Positions 24,214-31,893 of a stretch of DNA of 32,000 nucleotides are shown piece by piece. Every line of letters starts with the position of its first letter. Within the stretch, counting starts at the first letter, position 1. The DNA is taken from contig LVZN01000012.1 of the NCBI GenBank assembly GCA_001695645.1, positions 195,922 through 227,921 of the forward strand, written 5' to 3'. A program made the translations under genes and the position numbers. The notes below the pieces were generated by a model. It did not search any database and was not told where the DNA came from. It saw only the letters and a program-made list of their open reading frames with translations. Origin of the DNA: Erysipelotrichaceae bacterium MTC7 (GTDB taxonomy: Bacteria > Bacillota_I > Bacilli_A > Erysipelotrichales > Erysipelotrichaceae).

Positions 24214-24250
24214 AGGATCAACTTATGTGTTGATCCTTTAGCTTTTTATG
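24214..24250 (+). terminator. Intrinsic terminator just inside the left edge of the cassette
   Basis: AGGATCAAC (24214-24222), 6-nt loop, GTTGATCCT (24229-24237), then TTAGCTTTTTA. Confidence 0.65.
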
Positions 24251-24377
24251 AAACATTTTCACATATGTTATGACAAAAAATAAAACACAATGTTGAAAGC
24301 ACAATGTTCATTGATTTTTAGTTAAAATAATCTACGTAGGAACCAGTTGTGTGTACATTTTGTAGCAAACGATCGTG

Positions 24378-24386
24378 TGCTATAAT
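24378..24386 (+). promoter_or_regulatory. Extended -10 promoter for the 140-aa ORF
   Basis: TGcTATAAT (24378-24386). GGAGG RBS at 24405-24409, 7 nt before the ATG at 24417. Confidence 0.5.
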
Positions 24387-24416
24387 TAAAACGTTAAAGT
24401 ATTTGGAGGTCATAGT

Positions 24417-24839
24417 ATGGTAGAAACATACAAGAAATTAACTAAGTACATTCCACTTGTTGAAGTTGAAGAATTCGGAGAGTGGATAGTTGATAATGTG
24501 AATGATGGTTCAAAAGAACATCCAATCCAGTTTCCTTTTGTGAATTATTCAATAATAATTAGAGAACTACAACAAGATATCTATTTGTTTAATGATGAAC
24601 ACCCTGAGTATGGTTTGAACAATTATTATGAAATTTTGGAACAAAGTCATATAAGCTGGGATTCAGAATCAATGCTTGATGCTAATATAGACGAGCTAGA
24701 AGGTACAACAATTATGGCTTTACTGATAGCAGCAGTAAGATCGGAACGTTTTTGTGACGGAGCTTTTCTTAATTTCCTTGAAAAGGGAGCTGTCTATAAG
24801 TGGCTTAAGAGACTGAAAGAAATTGATCAAAACTGTTAA
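24417..24839 (+). CDS. Hypothetical acidic 140-aa cytoplasmic protein (family not recognised)
   Basis: Strong RBS and promoter. No TM or signal sequence and no catalytic motif recognised. The C-terminal segment is ALLIAAVRSERFCDGAFLNFLEKGAVYKWLKRLKEI. Confidence 0.7.
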   Translation: MVETYKKLTKYIPLVEVEEFGEWIVDNVNDGSKEHPIQFPFVNYSIIIRELQQDIYLFNDEHPEYGLNNYYEILEQSHISWDSESMLDANIDELEGTTIMALLIAAVRSERFCDGAFLNFLEKGAVYKWLKRLKEIDQNC

Positions 24840-25235
24840 TGGTATTATTCGTAAATTAAGATAAGTTAGTTAGATTCATAATAATCGATTCTATTGATAT
24901 TATTTGGATATAATAGTTTTTGACTGATTTAGATATTATCATTTGCGCGACATGTGAACATGAAATCAAATTAAAACATGTTTAAGAAGACAGTTTCAGT
25001 TTGATCAGATAAGGGAAGGTGATGATTACTATCATCGGCAATACGCTTTCTTGAAAAAAATTTATACTACCGTACGAAGATTTCAAAGAAGGGTATTAAT
25101 TTGGTAAAGTTTTTCACGATAAATGATGTTCTTGAACATAAATGTCAAAAAAACTGTAAAGTTGACATGTCTCATAGAGAAAATCGTGTAGAATTGACCT
25201 ATGTGAAAAGTGAAATAAACTTGGAGGGAAACAAA

Positions 25236-27314
25236 ATGTCTAATGAATTACAAAATTTATCATTATTATTCCAAAACAGATTATTTAGAATACCTGATTA
25301 TCAACGTGGATATGCCTGGCAACAGACGCAGTTAGCGGATTTTTGGGATGATTTAATTAATTTACAAAAAGGTAAGTATCACTACACTGGACTTCTTTCA
25401 TTAAAAGTACTTAACAGTGCTGAAACTATGAACTGGGACAGTGATTTGTGGATGAGAGACAAAGGTTTTAAACTATGTCATATTATTGATGGACAACAAA
25501 GATTAACTACATTTATTATTCTACTGAACGAAATTGTTGAATTTGAACGTTTACTTGACTGCAACTCTGGCAAAACTGATGATGAAATAGTGCTTGGGTA
25601 CGATACATTAAAAGATGTAGTTGCAAAGTATATTTGTCAGCATAGACCGCCGAATAATTTGATTACTACATATCTTTTTGGCTATGAAGTTGATAACCCA
25701 AGTTCTGATTATCTTAGATTTCAAGTTTTTAATGAGACATTCTCTGGGACTATAAATGAAACATATTATACAAAGAATTTAAAGTTCGCTAAATCCTTTT
25801 TTCATGAAAATATAACGGCATTATATAATACTGAGGGAATAGATGGTTTAAGCAATTTATATTTGAAATTAACGCAACAACTAATGTTTAATATACATGA
25901 AATAGCTGATGATTATGATGTATTTATAGCATTTGAAACAATGAATAATCGTGGGAAAAAACTTACAAATTTGGAACTGCTCAAAAATAGGTTGATTTAT
26001 CTTACAACACTATATTCCAATAATAAATTTGATGAATTGGATAAAAACAATCTTAGAGGAAAAGTAAATGATGCGTGGAAGGAAGTATATTATCAACTTG
26101 GGAGAAATGAAAAAACATCATTGTCAGATGATGAATTTTTAAGAGCTCATTGGATTACTTATTTTGCTTTTTCTCGTACAAAAGGTGATGATTACATTCA
26201 TTTCTTGCTAAATAAGTTCTCTGCAAAAAAAATATATGAAAAGAAAACGATTATAATAGCTGATGCACCAATAGATGTAGAGAATGTAGATTATGATGCA
26301 GAAGAAGCAATTGATGAACTAACTGAACAGGAAATTCTTGAAGTATCAAAACTTGAACCTGCAGAGATATCTACGTATGTCAGCAGCCTGAAAAATGCAG
26401 CAAAATACTGGTATGACTCGTTTTTTCCAATGCAAAGTGAAAACTTGTCAAAAGAGGAAAAGTTGTGGGTAGACAGATTAAATCGTGTCGGTATTGGTTA
26501 CTTCAGACCGTTAGTTATGGTGCTTATAAGTCGCAGAGATTTTACAGCAGAACAACGAATTATCGCATTTTCGGCAATAGAAAGATTTATCTTTATTTGT
26601 TTTAGATTCGGATATTTCAATTCAACGTATGGAAGTAGTAAATATTATCGCGTTGCTAGAAGTATCAATTTAAAACAGATGGAAATAAGTGATTTGGTTA
26701 ACGATTTGGCTAAAACCATTGATGACAATATTGATTATATTATCCCAAGTTTTGTAACAAAAATTGAAAACTTTTTTGCCAGTAAAGATGGTTATTATTC
26801 TTGGAACTCCATAAAGTATTTTTTGTACGAGTACGAGCTCTTTCTTGCAAAGAAAAACAATCTTGATAAGGTAAGTTGGGAGATGTTCACAAAAACAGAA
26901 AAGGATAAAATATCTATTGAACATATACTTCCACAGACTCCATCAAAGCATTACTGGAGGAAACAGTTTAGGCAATTTGATAATGAAGAAATACGACTCC
27001 TTTCGTGTGCTTTAGGAAATCTACTACCTCTGTCACAAAGTATTAACTCTTCCTTGCAAAATGATAGTTTTGATGATAAAAAGACATCTAAATCTTCTGG
27101 AAGAAGAGGATATCAAAATGGCTCGCATTCAGAAATTGAGGTTTCAAAAGAAGCAGATTGGTCTGCTGATAGAATCTATCAACGAAGCAAATCATTATTA
27201 AAGTTCATGGAAACTCGTTGGCAATTCAACTTTACCAATGAGCAAATTGATAGATTGATTTATGTAACATTTGCCATTGATGATAGAGCGATTCCTGATG
27301 AAGTTGTTGAATAA
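25236..27314 (+). CDS. DUF262 + DUF1524 two-domain nuclease (GmrSD / BrxU / SspE-like type IV restriction architecture)
   Basis: N-terminal FRIPDYQRGYAW and IIDGQQRLTTF (DUF262 motifs). C-terminal SIEHILPQTP...LGNLLPLSQSINSSLQNDSF (DUF1524 His-Me finger pattern). Start placed at the ATG at 25236, after GGAGGG at 25223-25228, rather than the listed TTG at 25101. Confidence 0.85.
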   Translation: MSNELQNLSLLFQNRLFRIPDYQRGYAWQQTQLADFWDDLINLQKGKYHYTGLLSLKVLNSAETMNWDSDLWMRDKGFKLCHIIDGQQRLTTFIILLNEIVEFERLLDCNSGKTDDEIVLGYDTLKDVVAKYICQHRPPNNLITTYLFGYEVDNPSSDYLRFQVFNETFSGTINETYYTKNLKFAKSFFHENITALYNTEGIDGLSNLYLKLTQQLMFNIHEIADDYDVFIAFETMNNRGKKLTNLELLKNRLIYLTTLYSNNKFDELDKNNLRGKVNDAWKEVYYQLGRNEKTSLSDDEFLRAHWITYFAFSRTKGDDYIHFLLNKFSAKKIYEKKTIIIADAPIDVENVDYDAEEAIDELTEQEILEVSKLEPAEISTYVSSLKNAAKYWYDSFFPMQSENLSKEEKLWVDRLNRVGIGYFRPLVMVLISRRDFTAEQRIIAFSAIERFIFICFRFGYFNSTYGSSKYYRVARSINLKQMEISDLVNDLAKTIDDNIDYIIPSFVTKIENFFASKDGYYSWNSIKYFLYEYELFLAKKNNLDKVSWEMFTKTEKDKISIEHILPQTPSKHYWRKQFRQFDNEEIRLLSCALGNLLPLSQSINSSLQNDSFDDKKTSKSSGRRGYQNGSHSEIEVSKEADWSADRIYQRSKSLLKFMETRWQFNFTNEQIDRLIYVTFAIDDRAIPDEVVE

Positions 27315-27359
27315 AAAATCTATTTTATATTCTAACTAAACCTTAATATGTTGAAAATG

Positions 27360-27387
27360 ATTATATAATGTAAAACGATGGCGTTAG
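27360..27387. repeat. Right copy of the 28-bp direct repeat
   Basis: Identical to 24115-24142. Here it is continuous with the right arm of the terminator. Confidence 0.95.
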
Positions 27388-27402
27388 GCCATCGTTTCTT
27401 TT
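27373..27402. terminator. Bidirectional terminator (ancestrally shared by chrA and the PHP gene)
   Basis: AAACGATGGC (27373-27382), loop GTTAG, GCCATCGTTT (27388-27397), then CTTTTT. The PHP gene stop codon lies in the loop and its last codons lie in the right arm. Confidence 0.8.
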
Positions 27403-28169
27403 TCGATTTTATCTATGTCCGTTCCAACGTGACTTGGTTGATGTGCATCACTTGCAGTGATCATAGAAACTCCATACGTTTTGAATGTTTGTAACAACTG
27501 TTTGTTATCGCCAATATCTTCATGATGATAACGATAATGAATACCGGTATTGTTTTCGGCTTTCACATGATGCTCAACTAACGCTTTAGCCAGTTCATTA
27601 TAGGTTTCTTGTAAGTCATAGGTTGGATAATAATTAAATAGTTTTAATTGATCTGGGTGGGCAAGTTGCGTGAACAAAGCACTACGTACAAGTTGCATGA
27701 CAAGCTCATAATAACGTTGATAGATACTGTTCACATCTTGTACATTCCATAAAAGCTCTTTGGAAAAGTTCATATCATAAAGAATTCCATCGATGGAGTG
27801 AATAGCACCAACGACAAAATCAAGTTCTAATGGAGCAAGTGTCTTGCGTAAGAACGTCTCATACTCTGGTGCATAACATACTTCCAAACCATAGAGAACT
27901 TCAATACCGTGATCTTCTCGTTGAATGTCTTTCATTAAATCGATAAATTCATGTACGCTATTACAAAACTTTGTTTTTCCTTGTAGCCAGAGATCTTGTA
28001 CTTCATAAGTGCGTAAGTTTTCATATATTGGTTTAAATTCTACAAAGCGATGTGTGTGGTCCAAAATTTGAATGGTTGTTAATCCTTTTTTCTTAGCTTC
28101 ATTAATAAATTCATAGACATACTCTTTTGTGAGTGGTCCGTTTTCTAAATGCATGTGTCCATCAATCAT
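27384..28169 (-). CDS. PHP-domain metal-dependent phosphoesterase (HisJ-type histidinol-phosphatase family)
   Basis: N-terminal MIDGHMHLE, plus internal DHTH, GAIHS and C-terminal ASDAH metal-ligand contexts; 261 aa. Confidence 0.75.
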   Translation of the reverse strand: MIDGHMHLENGPLTKEYVYEFINEAKKKGLTTIQILDHTHRFVEFKPIYENLRTYEVQDLWLQGKTKFCNSVHEFIDLMKDIQREDHGIEVLYGLEVCYAPEYETFLRKTLAPLELDFVVGAIHSIDGILYDMNFSKELLWNVQDVNSIYQRYYELVMQLVRSALFTQLAHPDQLKLFNYYPTYDLQETYNELAKALVEHHVKAENNTGIHYRYHHEDIGDNKQLLQTFKTYGVSMITASDAHQPSHVGTDIDKIEKETMA

Positions 28170-28193
28170 ATGTATCCCTCATTTCTTTTGGAT

Positions 28194-28202
28194 ATTATAG
28201 CA
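28194..28202 (-). promoter_or_regulatory. Extended -10 promoter of the PHP gene
   Basis: The minus strand reads TGcTATAAT, about 25 nt upstream of the GAGGGA RBS and the ATG at 28169. Confidence 0.45.
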
Positions 28203-28249
28203 TATCCTAACATTTGGAAAAAACGGTTTTATTTCTGGTAGGAATGACA

Positions 28250-28458
28250 TTGTCGAATATGCCATTCTAATTTATAATACAAGTACAAGGTAGAGATACC
28301 TAGAAAGATGTCTCCCGAGGAGTGAGGGTGACAAAAATCCCAAATATCGCTCATTAAAGAACTATCCTGAAAGAGAGTTGAACAGGATACAAAAAATGAA
28401 AGGCAACTCATGATAAAAGGATTCTCTGACAATAGAAAAAGAGAATCCTTTTTATTTG
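28250..28458 (+). ncRNA. Orphan promoter-to-terminator unit (about 170-nt candidate sRNA, class unknown)
   Basis: TTGTCG (28250-28255), 17-nt spacer, TATAAT (28273-28278). Internal hairpins: GGTA-GAGA-TACC at 28289-28300 and TATCCTG...CAGGATA at 28363-28389. A 12-bp terminator stem, AAAAGGATTCTC / GAGAATCCTTTT (28415-28452). A separate serC promoter follows. Confidence 0.3.
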
Positions 28459-28534
28459 TTTATAATTCGTAATGTAACAAAATGTAATAGAATATTTGAT
28501 ATATTTACATTTCTTTCAAAAAAATTACATTTAT

Positions 28535-28564
28535 TTCAAAAATCTGTCATTTTTATGTTACAAT
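28535..28564 (+). promoter_or_regulatory. serC-serA promoter (extended -10)
   Basis: TTCAAA (28535-28540), 18-nt spacer, TGtTACAAT (28556-28564). A second TACAAT lies at 28569-28574. AAGGAG RBS before the ATG at 28596. Confidence 0.5.
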
Positions 28565-28595
28565 AGGGTACAATATTATAAAGGAGATTGAAATT

Positions 28596-29675
28596 ATGAA
28601 CAGAGTGATTAACTTTAGTGCAGGACCATCACAGATGAGTGAAAAGGTTCTTAAAAAAGCGAGTGAGCAGTTGTTAAACTACAACCAGACAGGACAATCG
28701 ATTATGGAGATGTCCCATCGTTCGGCAGAATTTTTAGAGGTTTTCAACTCCTGTAAGTCCAAGTTAATTCAACTCATGAATATACCGGAAAACTACGAGG
28801 TATTATTCTTACAAGGGGGAGCAAGTACACAATTCACAATGGTGCCTTTAAACATCTTAGGGGAACATAAAAAAGCAGCTTTCATTAATACTGGAGCTTG
28901 GTCAAAAAAAGCAATTGGTGAAATGAAAAAACTAGGAGAAGCAGTCGTTGTAGCTAGTAGTGAAGATGATACATTCTCATACATCCCTAAAGAGTATGAA
29001 GTACCAAGTGATGTAGACTATTTCTATATTTGTGAAAACAACACAATCTATGGAACAAAATACAAAGAATTACCTGATACAAAAGGTTTACCATTGGTTG
29101 CCGATTTATCTAGTTGCATCCTTTCGGAAGCAATTGATGTTAGTAAATATGGAATCATCTTTGCAGGTGCACAAAAAAACATGGGAATGGCTGGATTGAC
29201 AGTTGTTATCGTCCGCAAAGACTTAATTAAAGAAGATAAGAGTCTTCCATCAATGTTGTCATATAAAGTACAAGCCGATAACGATTCTATGTTTAATACA
29301 CCACCAACGTATGCAATTTACATTCTTGGTTTGGTACTTGAATGGATTGAAGAAGAATTTGGAAGTCTTGAGAACTTAGGAACTTACAATCGTGAAAAAG
29401 CAGAAATTTTGTACGATTATTTAGATCAATCAAAACTGTTTAAAGGAACTGTCGCAAAAGAAGACCGTTCTTTAATGAACGTACCATTTGTTACTGGTGA
29501 TGAAACTCTAGATGCTACTTTTGTAAAAGAAGCAAAGGCAAGAGGTATGGTGAATTTAAAAGGACACCGTAGTGTTGGGGGAATGCGTGCCAGCATTTAC
29601 AATGCGATGTCAAAAGAAGGTGTAGAAACACTTGTTGCGTTTATGAAGGAATTTGAAGAGGAACATACAAAATGA
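28596..29675 (+). CDS. serC: Phosphoserine aminotransferase
   Basis: N-terminal INFSAGPSQMSEKVL, PLP-lysine context GAQKNMG and C-terminal HRSVGGMRASIYNA; 359 aa. Confidence 0.93.
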   Translation: MNRVINFSAGPSQMSEKVLKKASEQLLNYNQTGQSIMEMSHRSAEFLEVFNSCKSKLIQLMNIPENYEVLFLQGGASTQFTMVPLNILGEHKKAAFINTGAWSKKAIGEMKKLGEAVVVASSEDDTFSYIPKEYEVPSDVDYFYICENNTIYGTKYKELPDTKGLPLVADLSSCILSEAIDVSKYGIIFAGAQKNMGMAGLTVVIVRKDLIKEDKSLPSMLSYKVQADNDSMFNTPPTYAIYILGLVLEWIEEEFGSLENLGTYNREKAEILYDYLDQSKLFKGTVAKEDRSLMNVPFVTGDETLDATFVKEAKARGMVNLKGHRSVGGMRASIYNAMSKEGVETLVAFMKEFEEEHTK

Positions 29676-30829
29676 ATATAAAACTATACAATAAAATTTC
29701 ACCAAAAGGATTGGCTCTTTTTGATGATGAAAAATACCGTTTTGGTGAAGAAGTAAACAATCCAAATGGTATCTTGGTACGTAGTGCCAAACTAAACGAT
29801 ATGGAATTTAATGATGAGTTACGCGCCATTGTGCGTGCTGGAGCTGGGGTAAACAACTTACCAATCGATCGTTGTAGCGAAGCGGGTATTGTTTGTTTTA
29901 ATACACCTGGAGCCAATGCAAATGCCGTAAAAGAACTTGTTTTTGCAGGAATGTTACTTTCTGCAAGACCGGTTTATAACGCTATGAACTGGGTTGCAAC
30001 GCTAGATGAGACTGCAGAAGTATCTAGTATTGTTGAAAAAGAGAAAAGCAACTTTGTCGGAAATGAACTTCGTGGTAAAAAACTAGGAATCATTGGACTG
30101 GGTGCCATTGGAATCAAAGTGGCAAACTTAGCATTGCACTTTGGAATGGAAGTATATGGATACGACCCATATATTTCAATTGATGCAGCATGGCAGTTGT
30201 CACGTAAAGTGCACTATGCAAAAACCTTAGAAGAATTGTACGAGAAATGTGACTACATTTCGGTTCATGTTCCTTTAAGTGATAAAACAAAAAATATGAT
30301 TAATGGCGATGCAATTGCAAAAATGAAAGATAACGTATGTATCTTAAACTTTGCACGTGGTGGATTGGTTGACGAAACAGCCGTTGTTAAAGCCATTGAA
30401 GCAGGAAAAGTGAAAAACTATGTTACAGATTTCCCAAATGGAGATATTTTACATGTAGATGGTGTTATCTGTATTCCGCACTTAGGAGCTTCAACACCAG
30501 AATCAGAAGAAAACTGTGCCATTATGGCGGTTGACCAAATTCAAGATTTCCTTGAAAATGGAAACATTTTACATTCGGTGAATTTACCGAATGTACATAT
30601 GGATCGTAGTGGAGATGCAAGAATTACGATCTTCCACCGCAATGCACCAAATATGATTGCGCAAATCACACAAACCATTTCAGATAAAGGGATCAACATT
30701 GAAAACTTAATCAACAAAAGTAAAAACGATTATGCGTATACGATTGTCGATGTAAACAGTACCGATGTTGATGCAGTAGTCAAAGAATTAGCCTCAATTG
30801 ATGCAATTTTGAAGGTGGTTGCACTGTAA
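29672..30829 (+). CDS. serA: D-3-phosphoglycerate dehydrogenase (2-hydroxyacid dehydrogenase with C-terminal ACT-like domain)
   Basis: NAD-binding GIIGLGAIG and catalytic region NFARGGLVDE...PHLGAST. Overlaps the serC stop (ATGA). Confidence 0.88.
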   Translation: MNIKLYNKISPKGLALFDDEKYRFGEEVNNPNGILVRSAKLNDMEFNDELRAIVRAGAGVNNLPIDRCSEAGIVCFNTPGANANAVKELVFAGMLLSARPVYNAMNWVATLDETAEVSSIVEKEKSNFVGNELRGKKLGIIGLGAIGIKVANLALHFGMEVYGYDPYISIDAAWQLSRKVHYAKTLEELYEKCDYISVHVPLSDKTKNMINGDAIAKMKDNVCILNFARGGLVDETAVVKAIEAGKVKNYVTDFPNGDILHVDGVICIPHLGASTPESEENCAIMAVDQIQDFLENGNILHSVNLPNVHMDRSGDARITIFHRNAPNMIAQITQTISDKGINIENLINKSKNDYAYTIVDVNSTDVDAVVKELASIDAILKVVAL

Positions 30830-30954
30830 ACAAACGAATTATCAGAATTGTAGGTTCTTTAGTTGAAGAAGATTTTGAAATCCCATATAATATATTTTAG
30901 TATATGACATATTAAGATATAGGAACCGAAGGCGGATCAGACAGGGAGAATTTA

Positions 30955-31881
30955 ATGAATACTACATATTTGAAATACGTAATTGAAATTGAAAAAAGAC
31001 GTTCCATTACGCATGCTGCAGAGAAACTGTACATGGCACAACCAAACCTAAGTAAAGTGATTCGAGAATTTGAAGAAACGCTTGGTTTTACGATTTTTGA
31101 ACGTGGACCAAAGGGTACGGTGCCAACACCAGAAGGCGCACAACTGATTAAATATGCGAAAGAAGTTCTTGCGCAAATCAATAAGATTGAACAAATTAGC
31201 CAAAGTGAGTTTAAAGATGTACAACGTTTCAATGTGACAACGCCAAGAGGTAGTTATATTTCTTATGCTGTTGTTCGTTTGATTGAAGAACTTGATTTGG
31301 ATAAATCCATTCAGGTTAACATTCAAGAAACCAACTCGATGCAGGCGATTTCTAATGTGTCTGATGGTCAGTTTAATTTAGGTGTGATTCGTTACGATAT
31401 GGCGCACGAAAACTACTTTCGTGATTATTTAAAGGATAAGAAGGTTGTATTTGAACCTATTTGGGAATTTAAGCATTTAGTTACACTGGCAAAAGATTCT
31501 CCATTGCATGACAAAGAAATCTTAGAACTTTCTGACTTGGATGATTTTGTTGAAATTTCACACGGAGATAATTTTGTGCCATATCTTAAACAGTTGAACC
31601 AAAATGAAGAAGCTTGTAGTAAACAAATCTTTGTTTATGAAAGACAAACACAATTTGCAATTATGTCTCATGTCCCAAAAACGTATATTTGGGGTTCGGC
31701 AATACCACAAGAGTTGTTGGATTTATACAATCTTGAACAAAAACCTTGTAAAGGTATTCGTAAAAAATATCGTGATGGTTTTATTTATCGAGAAGGTTAC
31801 ACCTTGTCGAATTTAGATCAGCGTTTTATGGTGAAACTTGAAGAAGTAAAAAATGAAGTTTACCAAAACTTAGAAAAATAA
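30955..31881 (+). CDS. LysR-family transcriptional regulator
   Basis: N-terminal wHTH (YLKYVIEIEKRRSITHAAEKLYMAQPNLSKVIREFEETLGFTIFER) plus a substrate-binding-like C-terminal domain; 308 aa. Confidence 0.88.
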   Translation: MNTTYLKYVIEIEKRRSITHAAEKLYMAQPNLSKVIREFEETLGFTIFERGPKGTVPTPEGAQLIKYAKEVLAQINKIEQISQSEFKDVQRFNVTTPRGSYISYAVVRLIEELDLDKSIQVNIQETNSMQAISNVSDGQFNLGVIRYDMAHENYFRDYLKDKKVVFEPIWEFKHLVTLAKDSPLHDKEILELSDLDDFVEISHGDNFVPYLKQLNQNEEACSKQIFVYERQTQFAIMSHVPKTYIWGSAIPQELLDLYNLEQKPCKGIRKKYRDGFIYREGYTLSNLDQRFMVKLEEVKNEVYQNLEK

Positions 31882-31893
31882 TAAGGGGTTAAT

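Larger units (their letters stand above)
24143..27387. mobile_element. Inserted 3.2-kb two-gene cassette (candidate defence islet) bounded by 28-bp direct repeats; no recombinase
   Basis: A direct repeat at both ends. The insertion splits a perfect terminator hairpin that is intact only at the right end. Sampled rows look more AT-rich than much of the flanks. Cargo is a DUF262/DUF1524 nuclease plus an unknown ORF. Confidence 0.7.

Noticed and set aside
25022-25054. 10-codon mini-ORF (MITIIGNTLS) with a GGGAAGG RBS in the cassette spacer
   Set aside because: It is too short to call as a gene. It could be a leader peptide or a gene remnant, so it is reported only within the spacer finding.
25101-25235. 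TTG-initiated 45-codon N-terminal extension of the DUF262 gene
   Set aside because: No RBS at the TTG (25101) or the ATG (25167). The extension precedes the start of the DUF262 domain and contains promoter-like sequence. The ATG at 25236 has GGAGGG at 7-nt spacing.
28229-28432. 67-aa minus-strand ORF in the PHP-serC intergenic region
   Set aside because: No RBS, a Cys/Ser/Phe-rich implausible sequence, and it spans a terminator hairpin. The region is better explained as non-coding RNA or regulatory DNA.
28285-28458. A T-box (Ser) or other known riboswitch upstream of serC
   Set aside because: No T-box core (GGGTGGTACCGCG-like) or specifier/stem I features were seen, and no match by eye to the glycine, SAM, lysine, THF, yybP or c-di-AMP consensus cores. 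A separate serC promoter also follows the terminator.
29641-31326. Antisense ORFs 29641..29916, 30912..31232 and 31048..31326
   Set aside because: They overlap serC/serA and the LysR gene in antisense; no RBS and low-complexity products.
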